A stretch of 33,367 nucleotides of DNA from Oscillospiraceae bacterium. Its GTDB lineage: Bacteria > Bacillota > Clostridia > Oscillospirales > UBA929. The translations under genes and the position numbers were made by a program. Where the stretch lies: NCBI GenBank assembly GCA_031550755.1, contig JAVBOJ010000131.1, positions 1-33,367 of the forward strand. The letters are read 5' to 3'. How positions within the stretch are numbered: the first letter of the stretch is position 1; each line of letters opens with the position of its first letter. Of this stretch, positions 1 to 8,403 are shown in pieces. A model generated the notes under the pieces. That model did not search any database, had not been told where the DNA came from, and saw only the letters and a program-made list of their open reading frames with translations.

Positions 1-115
1 ACACCGCCTCGAGCCAGCAACTCGCAGCCAACCGGAAAACATAAAGCCATGAAGAAGCGAGAAAGATGCTTCAAAAACATGACGTTCTCCCGAATCTTAT
101 TCTCCCGCGCGTCCT

Positions 116-3100
116 TTGCGGGCCGCCCAGACGCCAAACAGCAGCCCGGCCGAGCTGTACGGCGAGCTGTATGTCAGGGCGGGAGGAAACACGTTCATGC
201 TAAAAAACGTCGTCCTGTCGCGGGAAACGCCCGGCAGTGACGCCCTGTACGGCACGGCCACGCTGGATATCGGACCAAGCGGAATACCGGTGGACATCGC
301 CCGGGCGACCATAAAGAGCGGAATTGACGGATATACCATTACCGAAGGCGCCCTCTATATCACCAAAGCCTTTGAGATTCCGGAGCTCGGTATCACAATC
401 GCCAGTATGAATATCACGCCGCAAGCAAACCGGGCTGTTGTCAGCGGTTATGTCAAAAGTACAACCGGCGGCCAAAATATAGTCGGCAGCCTGCACGCGA
501 TTGAGTTTATGGACGCGGAGCTGCATCCGGGCTATATCGGGATTTCCGGCATATCGGATTTCCGCTACGAGCAATTCACGTTCAAGGGCGTGAACACCTG
601 CCACATCGCGCTGGGCGCCGGCGGGACGGACAGTGAGTATTTTATCCAGATGGACGCCGAAGAAATTTATATGAAATCGCATCTCGAGACGCTGAACAAT
701 GAGTCTTTTCAATTGGAGCGCAGCTATTTGGCGTTTGACAGGCAGGGCAAAATGACCGCGGAATTTTTTACAAAGCCGGGTACGGAGCAGTTTCTCCAGC
801 TGCTCGTGCCGGGCGGCGCCGGGCTGAGGGTCGGCAAGGCCACGGTCAGGTACGACAGGGGGATCGCCCTTGCGTCAGGCACGCTGCAGGGCAGGCTCAT
901 TCTCCCGTTTGAGAACGCGGCCCTGAGCGCCGCCGACCCGGACTTCGGCGCGGCGGGCGTATACACCGGGCATCCCGACTCAAACGAGATGGATGAGCTG
1001 GCCGCCGCCTCCGGGGTGTCGGGAGGGGACTACGCGCTCAACGACTGCCTCAACAAATTCGGGCAGAAGGTGCAGCAGAACGCACTGCTCATTGTGCCGC
1101 AAGACCACGCGTTGCAGGAGCTGTGCTCCTATGCGGACGTTCATGTCGAGAACTGGAGCGGCAAGGGCTTCACGATGGCGGAGGCCACGCTGACGCCGAC
1201 CAGCGTGACCAACCGCAATTTGGACCTTGCGACACAGCGCGAGCAGGCCACCGTCGTCGCCCCGACAAGGGTGAGCGTGGACCTCGACCGGGACGCGTAT
1301 ATCCCGCCGGAAAGCGTGTGGGGCGAACGCGCACCGAATGAATACATGAACAAGGAAACCATGCTGCCGATGGAAACCCAGAAAAGTTTCTGGGTGGGGC
1401 TCGTGGTGCACGGCGGAACGGTGGGCTTGCCGCCGGCGTTTATTCAGGGAAACAACAATGAAACCATCACGTTTGACCTCGCGCCCGGCGAGATGATTTA
1501 CGACCTCAACGGGTTCAGCTACCAGACATATCTGTACAACAACGAGGGCGTCGCGGCCAATTTCGGCAGCGCGCTCGGCGGCTTTGAGGACGTCATGGTA
1601 TACAACTGCCTGCTGGATATGTACGCCAATCGGGTCAGCCTCGAAATCAACGCGAAGGTTAGGCTCGAGCTGTTCAACAACGAATGGGTCAACGCCAAGC
1701 TGTATACCAACGAAACGGACAACGAAAATGGAAGGGCGGGCGAATTTCTCTGCTCGGTCGCGCCGACGCTGATCGAAGCCGCCAGCGGCGCGGGCATCGA
1801 TATGAGGATAGGCGGCGGTTTCTTCAAGCCCGACGGGATGCACTTCCACGGAGAAATGACGCTCTCCACCGACGAGGTTCGAAGCGCGGAACCGCTTGCG
1901 TTTACCGACATGATCGTCCCGCCGAAACGGGAGATGACCAATCGGGAATTTTGGAGCCTTGCCGACAAGGACACAAAAGACAAGTACAACAATCAAAAGG
2001 CCCTCGGCCTTGACAGCGACTCGTGGATGAAATACGGCAAGGTCACACTCTCAAAGCCGGCCAACGTCACCTTCCAGGGCTTTACCATGGAGGTGCGGAC
2101 GCTGCATCTGGAGTACTCTCAAAGCAAAACCCCGGAGCAAATAAAGCGCGGCGGGGGTGTTTTCGCCGTGCCGCTGTCCGGACACGCGACATATCTCACC
2201 CTTTCCGGCGCAACTGTGCTGGCGGACAATATTCCGCTGGGGCAAGAGAACACCGACGTCATCAAACTCGACTGCCGCAAAAAAACAATCAACCCCAAGG
2301 TGCTGTATGAACAGTGTGTCACGGTGCTGAGCGCCAATTTTGACGACGCCACCGACCTCAAGGGCGCGCTGAGACCAAATCTCACGCCGGCGGGGGAATC
2401 CGCGCAGCAGGGCGCGTCGGGCGTAAGCGCGCCAAACAGCGGGCAGGGCTTTGAGGTCATGCCGCTGTCAGCGGGCGGGATTCCCACGCTGCCGCCCATG
2501 CCCGAGATCCCCGACATAAGCAAGTTCAAAGGCGCGGCGGAGGAGCAGGTCAAGGCATATCAAAAAGCCCTTGAGGAGGAGGTCGCCCAATATAAAAAGC
2601 AGGTCGAGGATCAGGTCAAGGGGTTGGCAAAAGAGCAGGCCGAGGCCCTTAAAAAGCAGGCGCAGGAAGCGATGGATCAATATGTCGGCGATGCGGTCAA
2701 CGAGCTCAAGGGTGAATATGAGAAATACAAGAAGGAGCTTTCCGAGACGCTTGAAAAATACAAAAAGGAGCTCATGAAAGAGCTCGAAAAATATATCGAC
2801 GTCGGGATGCTCGGCCAGGGCTTGATCGAGTTCAACGCGGATACGCTCAGCTTCGGATTGCTGGATTCCCTGAAAAACGCCGGGGTAGACATGACCGTAC
2901 GTTTCGGGTATGACATCGCAAACAGCCGCTGTTATTATGTCGTGGGCGCGAATTCCGTCAAGGAAGATCTCGATCTCGGCGTCATGAAGGTATCGCAGTT
3001 CGCCGCGCTGTTTCACCGCAATGTGGAGCTCCCGACGGATATTACGAAGGTTGAGAATCTGAATAAAATCCGCACGTCGGAGGAAATGAAAAAATATGTG

Positions 3101-3859
3101 GAGGATATCAAGGTGCACAGGGAGGCAGACTCGACGTTCGGCATCGCCGTCATCGGCACGATCAAAATGGGCGATACGGTGATGCTCAAGGACGCCTGCC
3201 TGTACATCGCCTCCGGGCCTATCATATCGGCCGGCGGCGAGCTCTGGGCCAAAACGACGTTTGACGAATACAATCTGATCGCCGCGGCGTCGCTCTGCTA
3301 CGACCATCCCAGACGGTATTTGTCCGTTTCGGTGACACTCAAGGACATTCCCTGCGGCATATTCACCGTGAGCGGAAGCATTGGGCTTGAGGTTGGCACA
3401 AGACCGGCGCTGTTTGGCCTGTACCTTGGCTATCCGGAAACGCTGAAGGCCGGAAAAGTATTGGGTATCTTTGAGGTCGGGGCGGGTCTGGGCTTCAAGA
3501 TTTCCGAATCCGAAATGTGCGCCATGTGGAAGATGGAAGCGGGTGCCGGGCTGAGCCTTGACTTCGGCATCGTGTACGCGAGCGGATATCTGCGCTATGG
3601 AACATACGGGGAAATCAAATGGGTTTCGGACGGGCCGAATTACTTTGAGTACACGCTCTGGGCCGAGGGCCAGATCAAGGGCGGCATCTGGTTTTTCGGA
3701 AAGCGCGATATCATCAATATCTACGGACGCGCACAGGGCTCGTTTATCTATGACGGCAACTACAGAATGGACGCCGAGCTTACGCTCCGGTACAAGGTCA
3801 GTCTCTTTGTCGCGTCGATATCCGGATCGCACAACTGGCATATAGGCACAAAGTTTTAA
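116..3859 (+). CDS. Very large hypothetical protein (about 1220-1250 aa), Gly/aromatic beta-strand-rich with an internal charged helical repeat; start uncertain, possibly 5'-truncated
   Basis: Uninterrupted 1247-codon ORF with protein-like composition. In-frame stops at 50-52 and 80-82 limit the start to TTG 116 or ATG 197 (GGAGG at 182-186). No signal peptide visible. Confidence 0.85.
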   Translation: MRAAQTPNSSPAELYGELYVRAGGNTFMLKNVVLSRETPGSDALYGTATLDIGPSGIPVDIARATIKSGIDGYTITEGALYITKAFEIPELGITIASMNITPQANRAVVSGYVKSTTGGQNIVGSLHAIEFMDAELHPGYIGISGISDFRYEQFTFKGVNTCHIALGAGGTDSEYFIQMDAEEIYMKSHLETLNNESFQLERSYLAFDRQGKMTAEFFTKPGTEQFLQLLVPGGAGLRVGKATVRYDRGIALASGTLQGRLILPFENAALSAADPDFGAAGVYTGHPDSNEMDELAAASGVSGGDYALNDCLNKFGQKVQQNALLIVPQDHALQELCSYADVHVENWSGKGFTMAEATLTPTSVTNRNLDLATQREQATVVAPTRVSVDLDRDAYIPPESVWGERAPNEYMNKETMLPMETQKSFWVGLVVHGGTVGLPPAFIQGNNNETITFDLAPGEMIYDLNGFSYQTYLYNNEGVAANFGSALGGFEDVMVYNCLLDMYANRVSLEINAKVRLELFNNEWVNAKLYTNETDNENGRAGEFLCSVAPTLIEAASGAGIDMRIGGGFFKPDGMHFHGEMTLSTDEVRSAEPLAFTDMIVPPKREMTNREFWSLADKDTKDKYNNQKALGLDSDSWMKYGKVTLSKPANVTFQGFTMEVRTLHLEYSQSKTPEQIKRGGGVFAVPLSGHATYLTLSGATVLADNIPLGQENTDVIKLDCRKKTINPKVLYEQCVTVLSANFDDATDLKGALRPNLTPAGESAQQGASGVSAPNSGQGFEVMPLSAGGIPTLPPMPEIPDISKFKGAAEEQVKAYQKALEEEVAQYKKQVEDQVKGLAKEQAEALKKQAQEAMDQYVGDAVNELKGEYEKYKKELSETLEKYKKELMKELEKYIDVGMLGQGLIEFNADTLSFGLLDSLKNAGVDMTVRFGYDIANSRCYYVVGANSVKEDLDLGVMKVSQFAALFHRNVELPTDITKVENLNKIRTSEEMKKYVEDIKVHREADSTFGIAVIGTIKMGDTVMLKDACLYIASGPIISAGGELWAKTTFDEYNLIAAASLCYDHPRRYLSVSVTLKDIPCGIFTVSGSIGLEVGTRPALFGLYLGYPETLKAGKVLGIFEVGAGLGFKISESEMCAMWKMEAGAGLSLDFGIVYASGYLRYGTYGEIKWVSDGPNYFEYTLWAEGQIKGGIWFFGKRDIINIYGRAQGSFIYDGNYRMDAELTLRYKVSLFVASISGSHNWHIGTKF

Positions 3860-3967
3860 GCAGCAGGGCCGGCGGCGACGGACGCGAATGAGCGCTGCGC
3901 GATGTATGCGGAGCGGTTGCATGGAAGCGCAGGCGTTTGAAACGGGCGCCCGTTTTAGAGCGGAAAA

Positions 3968-4013
3968 TGATACAAGCGACTCCCGCCGTTAAGGCGGAGA
4001 GTCGCTTGTATCA
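3968..4013. terminator. Long hairpin between the convergent large CDS and tRNA pair; probable terminator
   Basis: TGATACAAGCGACTC-CCGCC-gttaa-GGCGG-a-GAGTCGCTTGTATCA: 15+5 bp stem with one bulge. Confidence 0.65.
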
Positions 4014-4033
4014 AGGCGTACAGCCATATTCTC

Positions 4034-4109
<76 letters not shown>

Positions 4110-4148
4110 AGCTACCGCGCCGGCCGCCCGCGGTGGGCGGCGGAAAAA

Positions 4149-4225
4149 TGGCGACCCCGAACGGGCTCGAACCGTCGACCTCTAGCGTGACAGGCTAGCG
4201 TTCTAACCAACTGAACTACGGGGCC
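4149..4225 (-). tRNA. tRNA-Asp (GTC)
   Basis: Minus strand reads GGCCCCG...CTAGC-CTGTCAC-GCTAG...GGTTCGAG...CGGGGTCGCCA; 77 nt cloverleaf with encoded CCA. Confidence 0.97.
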
Positions 4226-4244
4226 ACAAATACGCGGCCTGTTT

Positions 4245-4274
4245 ATTATAATACAGGTCAAAATTGTTTGTCAA
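4245..4274 (-). promoter_or_regulatory. Sigma-A promoter of the tRNA-Asp/tRNA-Thr transcript
   Basis: TTGACA (4274-4269), 18 bp spacer, TATAAT (4250-4245), about 20 nt upstream of tRNA-Asp. Confidence 0.8.
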
Positions 4275-4327
4275 GCTGTTTTTCTTGGGAGACACGGATA
4301 AATAGACCTGTGAGGATTTGATGCGCG

Positions 4328-4359
4328 AAGGGGGGCTCGAACCGTCGAGCCCCCCTTTT
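4328..4359. terminator. Hairpin downstream of the satP-like gene; probable terminator
   Basis: AAGGGGGGCTCGA-accg-TCGAGCCCCCCTT perfect 13 bp stem, about 10 nt from the stop codon. The U-tract is weak on the minus strand. Confidence 0.6.
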
Positions 4360-4367
4360 ATGTATTG

Positions 4368-4964
4368 TTATTTTGTCCCCTTGTAAAAAGGCTTTGGATT
4401 GGGGAAAATATTTTTTTCAAAGGTGGTGTTTACAATGATGGCGGCCGAGAGATAAATCCCCAGGATGCCGCAAACCAGGAGCGCACACCCGGCGACGGCG
4501 GACAGAGCCTGGTTGACCTCCGGGGCGAAAAGCTTCAAATCAGAAAAGGCGATGCAGGGGACGGCGACATTGAGGACGGCCACAATGAGGAATAAAATGG
4601 CGGGGGATTTGAAAAACGCCGGGGTCCACAGGGCGACGACCAACATCAGGCAGAGCCAGGCCCAGCCGTCAATACGGGTATCGAGGCCGCCGCAAAAATA
4701 CTTCAGAAACATTTCCGCGCCGGACACGAGCATAAAATAGGCGCTGAAGTATAAAAACGTATTCCCGCCGGCGGTATTCTGGGCCTTTAAATCCAGCAGG
4801 GCCACCACGAGCTGAATAAAAAACCCGCCGATTAAAAAGCAGCCGAGAAGCGGCAGCGCACCCTTGGTCACCTGCCCGGTTAACAGCGCGAAGAACCCGA
4901 AGCATGCCACCGCGAGCGCGACCAGTCCGGCCGGGGTTGGATTTGCCCATTGTTTGTTTTCCAT
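4368..4964 (-). CDS. satP: Acetate/short-chain carboxylate uptake transporter, GPR1/FUN34/YaaH (SatP) family
   Basis: N-terminal WANPTPAGL matches the family NPAPLGL signature; about six hydrophobic helices; ATG at 4964 with GAGGA upstream. Confidence 0.85.
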   Translation of the reverse strand: MENKQWANPTPAGLVALAVACFGFFALLTGQVTKGALPLLGCFLIGGFFIQLVVALLDLKAQNTAGGNTFLYFSAYFMLVSGAEMFLKYFCGGLDTRIDGWAWLCLMLVVALWTPAFFKSPAILFLIVAVLNVAVPCIAFSDLKLFAPEVNQALSAVAGCALLVCGILGIYLSAAIIVNTTFEKNIFPNPKPFYKGTK

Positions 4965-5002
4965 GTAAACCATCCTCACAAAATTTTAAGATATTTAAGT
5001 GC

Positions 5003-5037
5003 AAAAAATAAACCCCCGCAGCCGCTGCTGCGAGGGT
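5003..5037 (-). terminator. Attenuator terminator in the satP leader
   Basis: Minus strand ACCCTCGCAGC-agcg-GCTGCGGGGGT-TTATTTTTT, lying between the promoter and the satP start. Confidence 0.85.
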
Positions 5038-5058
5038 GTAAGATGTTGATTTATGGAA

Positions 5059-5154
5059 TCAAAATCTCACTCCTTGCGGCGCAGCATGATAAGCCTTGTT
5101 CAGAATAATAACAAGACTAAACATAATAACAGCCGCTGTAAGCATGAGATTCAT
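5059..5154 (-). CDS. Leader peptide, 31 aa, MNLMLTAAVIMFSLVIILNKAYHAAPQGVRF (Leu/Ile/Val-rich attenuator peptide)
   Basis: Translated by hand (below the ORF-track cutoff). GGAAAGGA Shine-Dalgarno at 5173-5166; LVIIL run; stop 21 nt before the terminator; overlapping alternative hairpins. Confidence 0.75.
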   Translation of the reverse strand: MNLMLTAAVIMFSLVIILNKAYHAAPQGVRF

Positions 5155-5202
5155 AGGGCAGCCTGTCCTTTCCAACGTTTTGCACAAAAATATCTTTCAA
5201 AG

Positions 5203-5231
5203 ATTCTAGCATAGAGAACGCAAGCTGTCAA
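5203..5231 (-). promoter_or_regulatory. Sigma-A promoter for leader peptide-satP
   Basis: TTGACA (5231-5226), 17 bp spacer, extended TGc-TAGAAT (5208-5203). The -35 overlaps the response regulator stop codon. Confidence 0.85.
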
Positions 5232-5929
5232 CCCCCGTCGGCCATCCGATATCCCACGCCGACCTCGGTCTGGATATATTGCGGGTCGGCCGGGTCTGGC
5301 TCCAGCTTGCGCCGGATGTTGGCCATGTTGACCCGCAGGATCTGGCTGTCGCCGCCGTACGGCCCCCAGACCTCCCGGATGATATGGTCGTGGGTCAGCA
5401 CCTTGCCGGCGTGCCGCGCCAGCAGGGTGACGATTTTGTATTCGATCGGGGTCAGATGCACCGGCTGCTCGCCCATGCGCACCAGCCGCTTGGCGTAATC
5501 CACCGACAGCGCCCCGGTGACAAACACGCCGTCGCCGGGCTCAAGCCGGCTCCCCATCTGCTCCCGCAGCCGCAGCGCCGTGCGGATGCGCGCCAGCAGC
5601 TCGGCGTTGCCGAACGGCTTGGTGATATAGTCGTTGGCGCCGGCGTCCAGCGCCGCCACCTTGTCCTCCTCGCGCTGACGCGCCGAGACGACGATCACCG
5701 GAATGTCCGACCACTGCCGCAGCTGCCGCAGCACCTCCATGCCGTCCGCCTCGGGCAGGCCCAGATCGAGCAGCAGCAGCGCGGGATTGTGCGACATCAG
5801 CATGGGCAGGACATCCTTGCCGCTCGACGCGATGAGCGGACGGTAGCCGCTGGACTCCAAAATGGCCGACAAAAAATTTTTGATGATCCGCTCGTCCTCG
5901 GCGATCAAAATTTGGATGTTATTTTCCAT
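5228..5929 (-). CDS. kdpE: OmpR-family response regulator, KdpE-like
   Basis: ILIAEDE, LLDLGLPEADG, KVAALDAGANDYITKPFG, LRVNMANIRRKLEPDPADPQYIQTEVGVGYR are typical KdpE. Real start ATG 5929 (MENNIQ) overlaps the kinase stop. Confidence 0.9.
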   Translation of the reverse strand: MENNIQILIAEDERIIKNFLSAILESSGYRPLIASSGKDVLPMLMSHNPALLLLDLGLPEADGMEVLRQLRQWSDIPVIVVSARQREEDKVAALDAGANDYITKPFGNAELLARIRTALRLREQMGSRLEPGDGVFVTGALSVDYAKRLVRMGEQPVHLTPIEYKIVTLLARHAGKVLTHDHIIREVWGPYGGDSQILRVNMANIRRKLEPDPADPQYIQTEVGVGYRMADGG

Positions 5930-7424
5930 GGTCGTTTCCCAGCGGCAACACAAAGGTGAACACGGCGCCGCCCTCCTCCCGGTTTTGTCCCCTGATTTCG
6001 CCCCCGTGGGCCGTGACGATGGTCTTGCAGATGGACAGGCCGATGCCCACGCCGCGGCTGGCGTCCATGATGAGCGCCTCCTCGGCGCTGTCGGGGGAAA
6101 ACAGCGTCTCCAAAAACCGCGCGGACAGCCCCCGGCCGTTGTCGGCCACGTCAAACCGCGCCCCGTCGCCCTGTTTTTTCAGCCGCACCTCGATAAGCCG
6201 CCCCTCCTCGGAGTTTTTGACGGCGTTTTCCAGCAAATTGATGAGCACCTGACAGATCAGCGTCCCGTCCATCGGCACAATGAGCAGCTCGTGGGGAATA
6301 TGCGCCTGAATATTGGCCGTCAGATACCGCCGGCGGACAATCGCAATCGCTTGCGAGACAACCTCCTCCGCCGCCTCGGGGGCTTTGGCCACCTTCATGT
6401 CCTCCCGCGAAATGCGGGTGACGGTCAAGATGTTCTCCACCAGGCGGATCAGCCATTGCGCATTGTCCCGAATATCGGCCGACAGCTCCCGAACCGTTTG
6501 GATCGGGAGCTCTTTTTGGTCCAAAATGGCCGTGCTGGCCCCCAAAATCCCGGTCAGCGGCGTGCGTAGATCGTGCGAAATGGCGTGGAGCAGCGTGCCG
6601 CGCATTTTTTCACGCGCCGACTCCACCATCGTGCGACGCTGCATTTCGGCGATGTGCTGCACCTCGAGCGCCAGCGCCACCTGACCGAACAAAAAATCCA
6701 CAAAACTCAGTTCCTCGTCGGTCATCGGCGCGTCGGCGCACAGCACGCCCGCCACCGCCATAATGCTGCGTTTTGAATGGATTCGGCGATAAAATACCCC
6801 GTTTTCCGACATGTCTGAAAAAAATTTATCCTCTTTTTCCTCAAAAAGGCTCAACACCAGCGCCTTTTCTTCCGATAGATCAAATAGTCCGGCATAGCCC
6901 TCCCCGTCCGGGGAGACAATCACTGCCGCCGCCGCGCCGGGCGGCGCGGAATACACCGCCGCCGGACGGTGCAGCTGCTCGACCAGATAGGCGCAGGTCA
7001 GACGCAGGATGGCGTCCCGGTCGCCGGAGGCCAGCAGCTTTTGATTGATTTCAAACAGAAGATTCGCCCGGTGCTCCCGCTCGGCCGAGAGCCGCGCCTG
7101 TGTCCGCAGACGGCCGGTCAGCGCGCCGGTGATCCCGGCGGCCAGCAGCAAAGCCGCCAGCACGATGAAAAATTCCGCCGTAAAGCCGAAACCCATGCGC
7201 GGCTCGCACACCAGAAAATCATACCCCAGCGCACAAAAACCCGCCGAGATCGCCCCGTAAACATAGCCGGCGGTAATTCGGGAAACAATAATCACCGCGA
7301 GCATGTACAGGACGGCCGCGCTCTCGGCCGCCGCCCCCCAAAACGCCAGCAGCTCGGCGAGCAGCATCGCCGCCGCGAGGACGGCGACTGTGTACAAACT
7401 ATCCAAAAAGGCGGACTTTTTCAT
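5919..7424 (-). CDS. Sensor histidine kinase, short KdpD-like (DUF4118-type TM region, GAF-like, HisKA, HATPase), lacking the N-terminal KdpD/Usp domains
   Basis: Four N-terminal TM segments with YDFLVCEPR; H-box ISHDLRTPLT; N-box QVLINLLENAVK; DNGRG and GVGIGLSICK G-boxes; GGAG RBS. Confidence 0.88.
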   Translation of the reverse strand: MKKSAFLDSLYTVAVLAAAMLLAELLAFWGAAAESAAVLYMLAVIIVSRITAGYVYGAISAGFCALGYDFLVCEPRMGFGFTAEFFIVLAALLLAAGITGALTGRLRTQARLSAEREHRANLLFEINQKLLASGDRDAILRLTCAYLVEQLHRPAAVYSAPPGAAAAVIVSPDGEGYAGLFDLSEEKALVLSLFEEKEDKFFSDMSENGVFYRRIHSKRSIMAVAGVLCADAPMTDEELSFVDFLFGQVALALEVQHIAEMQRRTMVESAREKMRGTLLHAISHDLRTPLTGILGASTAILDQKELPIQTVRELSADIRDNAQWLIRLVENILTVTRISREDMKVAKAPEAAEEVVSQAIAIVRRRYLTANIQAHIPHELLIVPMDGTLICQVLINLLENAVKNSEEGRLIEVRLKKQGDGARFDVADNGRGLSARFLETLFSPDSAEEALIMDASRGVGIGLSICKTIVTAHGGEIRGQNREEGGAVFTFVLPLGNDHGK

Positions 7425-7450
7425 GGCCGGCTCCTCCCTTTTTGCATTTG

Positions 7451-7503
7451 CTTTATAGAAAATTTATATCATAGGCCGGTTCTTTACTGTTTCTTTATAG
7501 AAA
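7451..7503 (+). promoter_or_regulatory. Two pairs of KdpE/OmpR-type direct-repeat boxes
   Basis: TTTATA at 7452 and 7463; TTTACT at 7483 and TTTATA at 7494 (11 bp period in each pair). CTTTATAGAAA is repeated exactly at 7451 and 7493. Candidate -10 TATCAT at 7521-7526 faces the atp genes. Confidence 0.6.
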
Positions 7504-7577
7504 GTCTGCGCATATTTACGTATCATATATACGGACACTCTGTAACCACCCGTGTCCGCGCACCCTTTTCCGTGCTT

Positions 7578-7606
7578 ATTATGCAATAAAGACGGTCACA
7601 AGTCAA
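7578..7606 (-). promoter_or_regulatory. Candidate sigma-A promoter for the kdpD/kdpE-like pair
   Basis: TTGACT (7606-7601), 17 bp spacer, CATAAT (7583-7578). Confidence 0.55.
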
Positions 7607-7670
7607 GACGCGCACCGGGATTGTCCCGTCCGGGACGCCCCGCCCACTATTCGCCGGAGGTGATGGGAAC

Positions 7671-8366
7671 TTGCTGGAGCATGTGTTTGAAAAGCTGGAA
7701 CGCCTTGTTTTGTTTCGGTTTACCCTGTTCGGCCATGAGATCGAAATCGGCAATACCGTCGTGGTGACCTGGATTGTCATGGGGCTGCTCATCGCCCTTT
7801 CTCTTTTCTTTACGCGCAAGCTCAGCGCCGACAAGCCCGGCAAGCGGCAGGTGATCATCGAATGGCTGGTGCAGACGGTCAACAACCTCTGCAAAAACGC
7901 CATCGGCCACCACGGACGCGCCTTCGTCCCCTTTGTGGGCACCATGCTGCTCTATCTCGGCCTGTCCAACCTCATCGCGCTGTTCAACTTTATTCCGGGG
8001 CTGCATCTCTACCCGCCCACCAAGGACATCAACGTCACCGGCACGCTGGCCGTCATGAGCATCGTCGTGGTCATCTACGCGTCCTTCCGGTACAAGGGCT
8101 TCAAGGGCTGGGCCAAGAGCCTCGTCCAGCCGATGCCGGTCATGGCGCCGTTCAAGATCATGGAATACGCCACCAAGCCGCTCTCGCTCTGCCTGCGGCT
8201 GTTCGGCAACATCCTCGCGGCGTTTCTCATCATGGAGATTATCCTGGCCTTTCTGCCGCCGGTCGCCGCGCCGTTTTCCGCCTACTTCGACATCTTTGAC
8301 GGCGTCCTGCAAGCCTTTATTTTTGTGTATCTGACCACCCTCTACATCGGCGAAGCGGTGGAATGA
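7671..8366 (+). CDS. atpB: F0F1 ATP synthase subunit a
   Basis: PTKDINVT and KPLSLCLRLFGNILA (essential Arg), LQAFIFVYLT; TTG start after GGAGGTG. Confidence 0.95.
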   Translation: MLEHVFEKLERLVLFRFTLFGHEIEIGNTVVVTWIVMGLLIALSLFFTRKLSADKPGKRQVIIEWLVQTVNNLCKNAIGHHGRAFVPFVGTMLLYLGLSNLIALFNFIPGLHLYPPTKDINVTGTLAVMSIVVVIYASFRYKGFKGWAKSLVQPMPVMAPFKIMEYATKPLSLCLRLFGNILAAFLIMEIILAFLPPVAAPFSAYFDIFDGVLQAFIFVYLTTLYIGEAVE

Positions 8367-8403
8367 TCGTAATATGGATTGAAATTATTGGGAGGTAACA
8401 GTT

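Noticed and set aside
49-240. 63-aa ORF as a frameshifted N-terminus of the giant protein
   Set aside because: No RBS, signal peptide or slippery site is visible; it cannot be supported without reads or homologs.
4980-5200. T-box riboswitch in the satP leader
   Set aside because: No TGGNACC T-box bulge motif was seen on the minus strand; the uORF and alternative hairpins explain the leader better.
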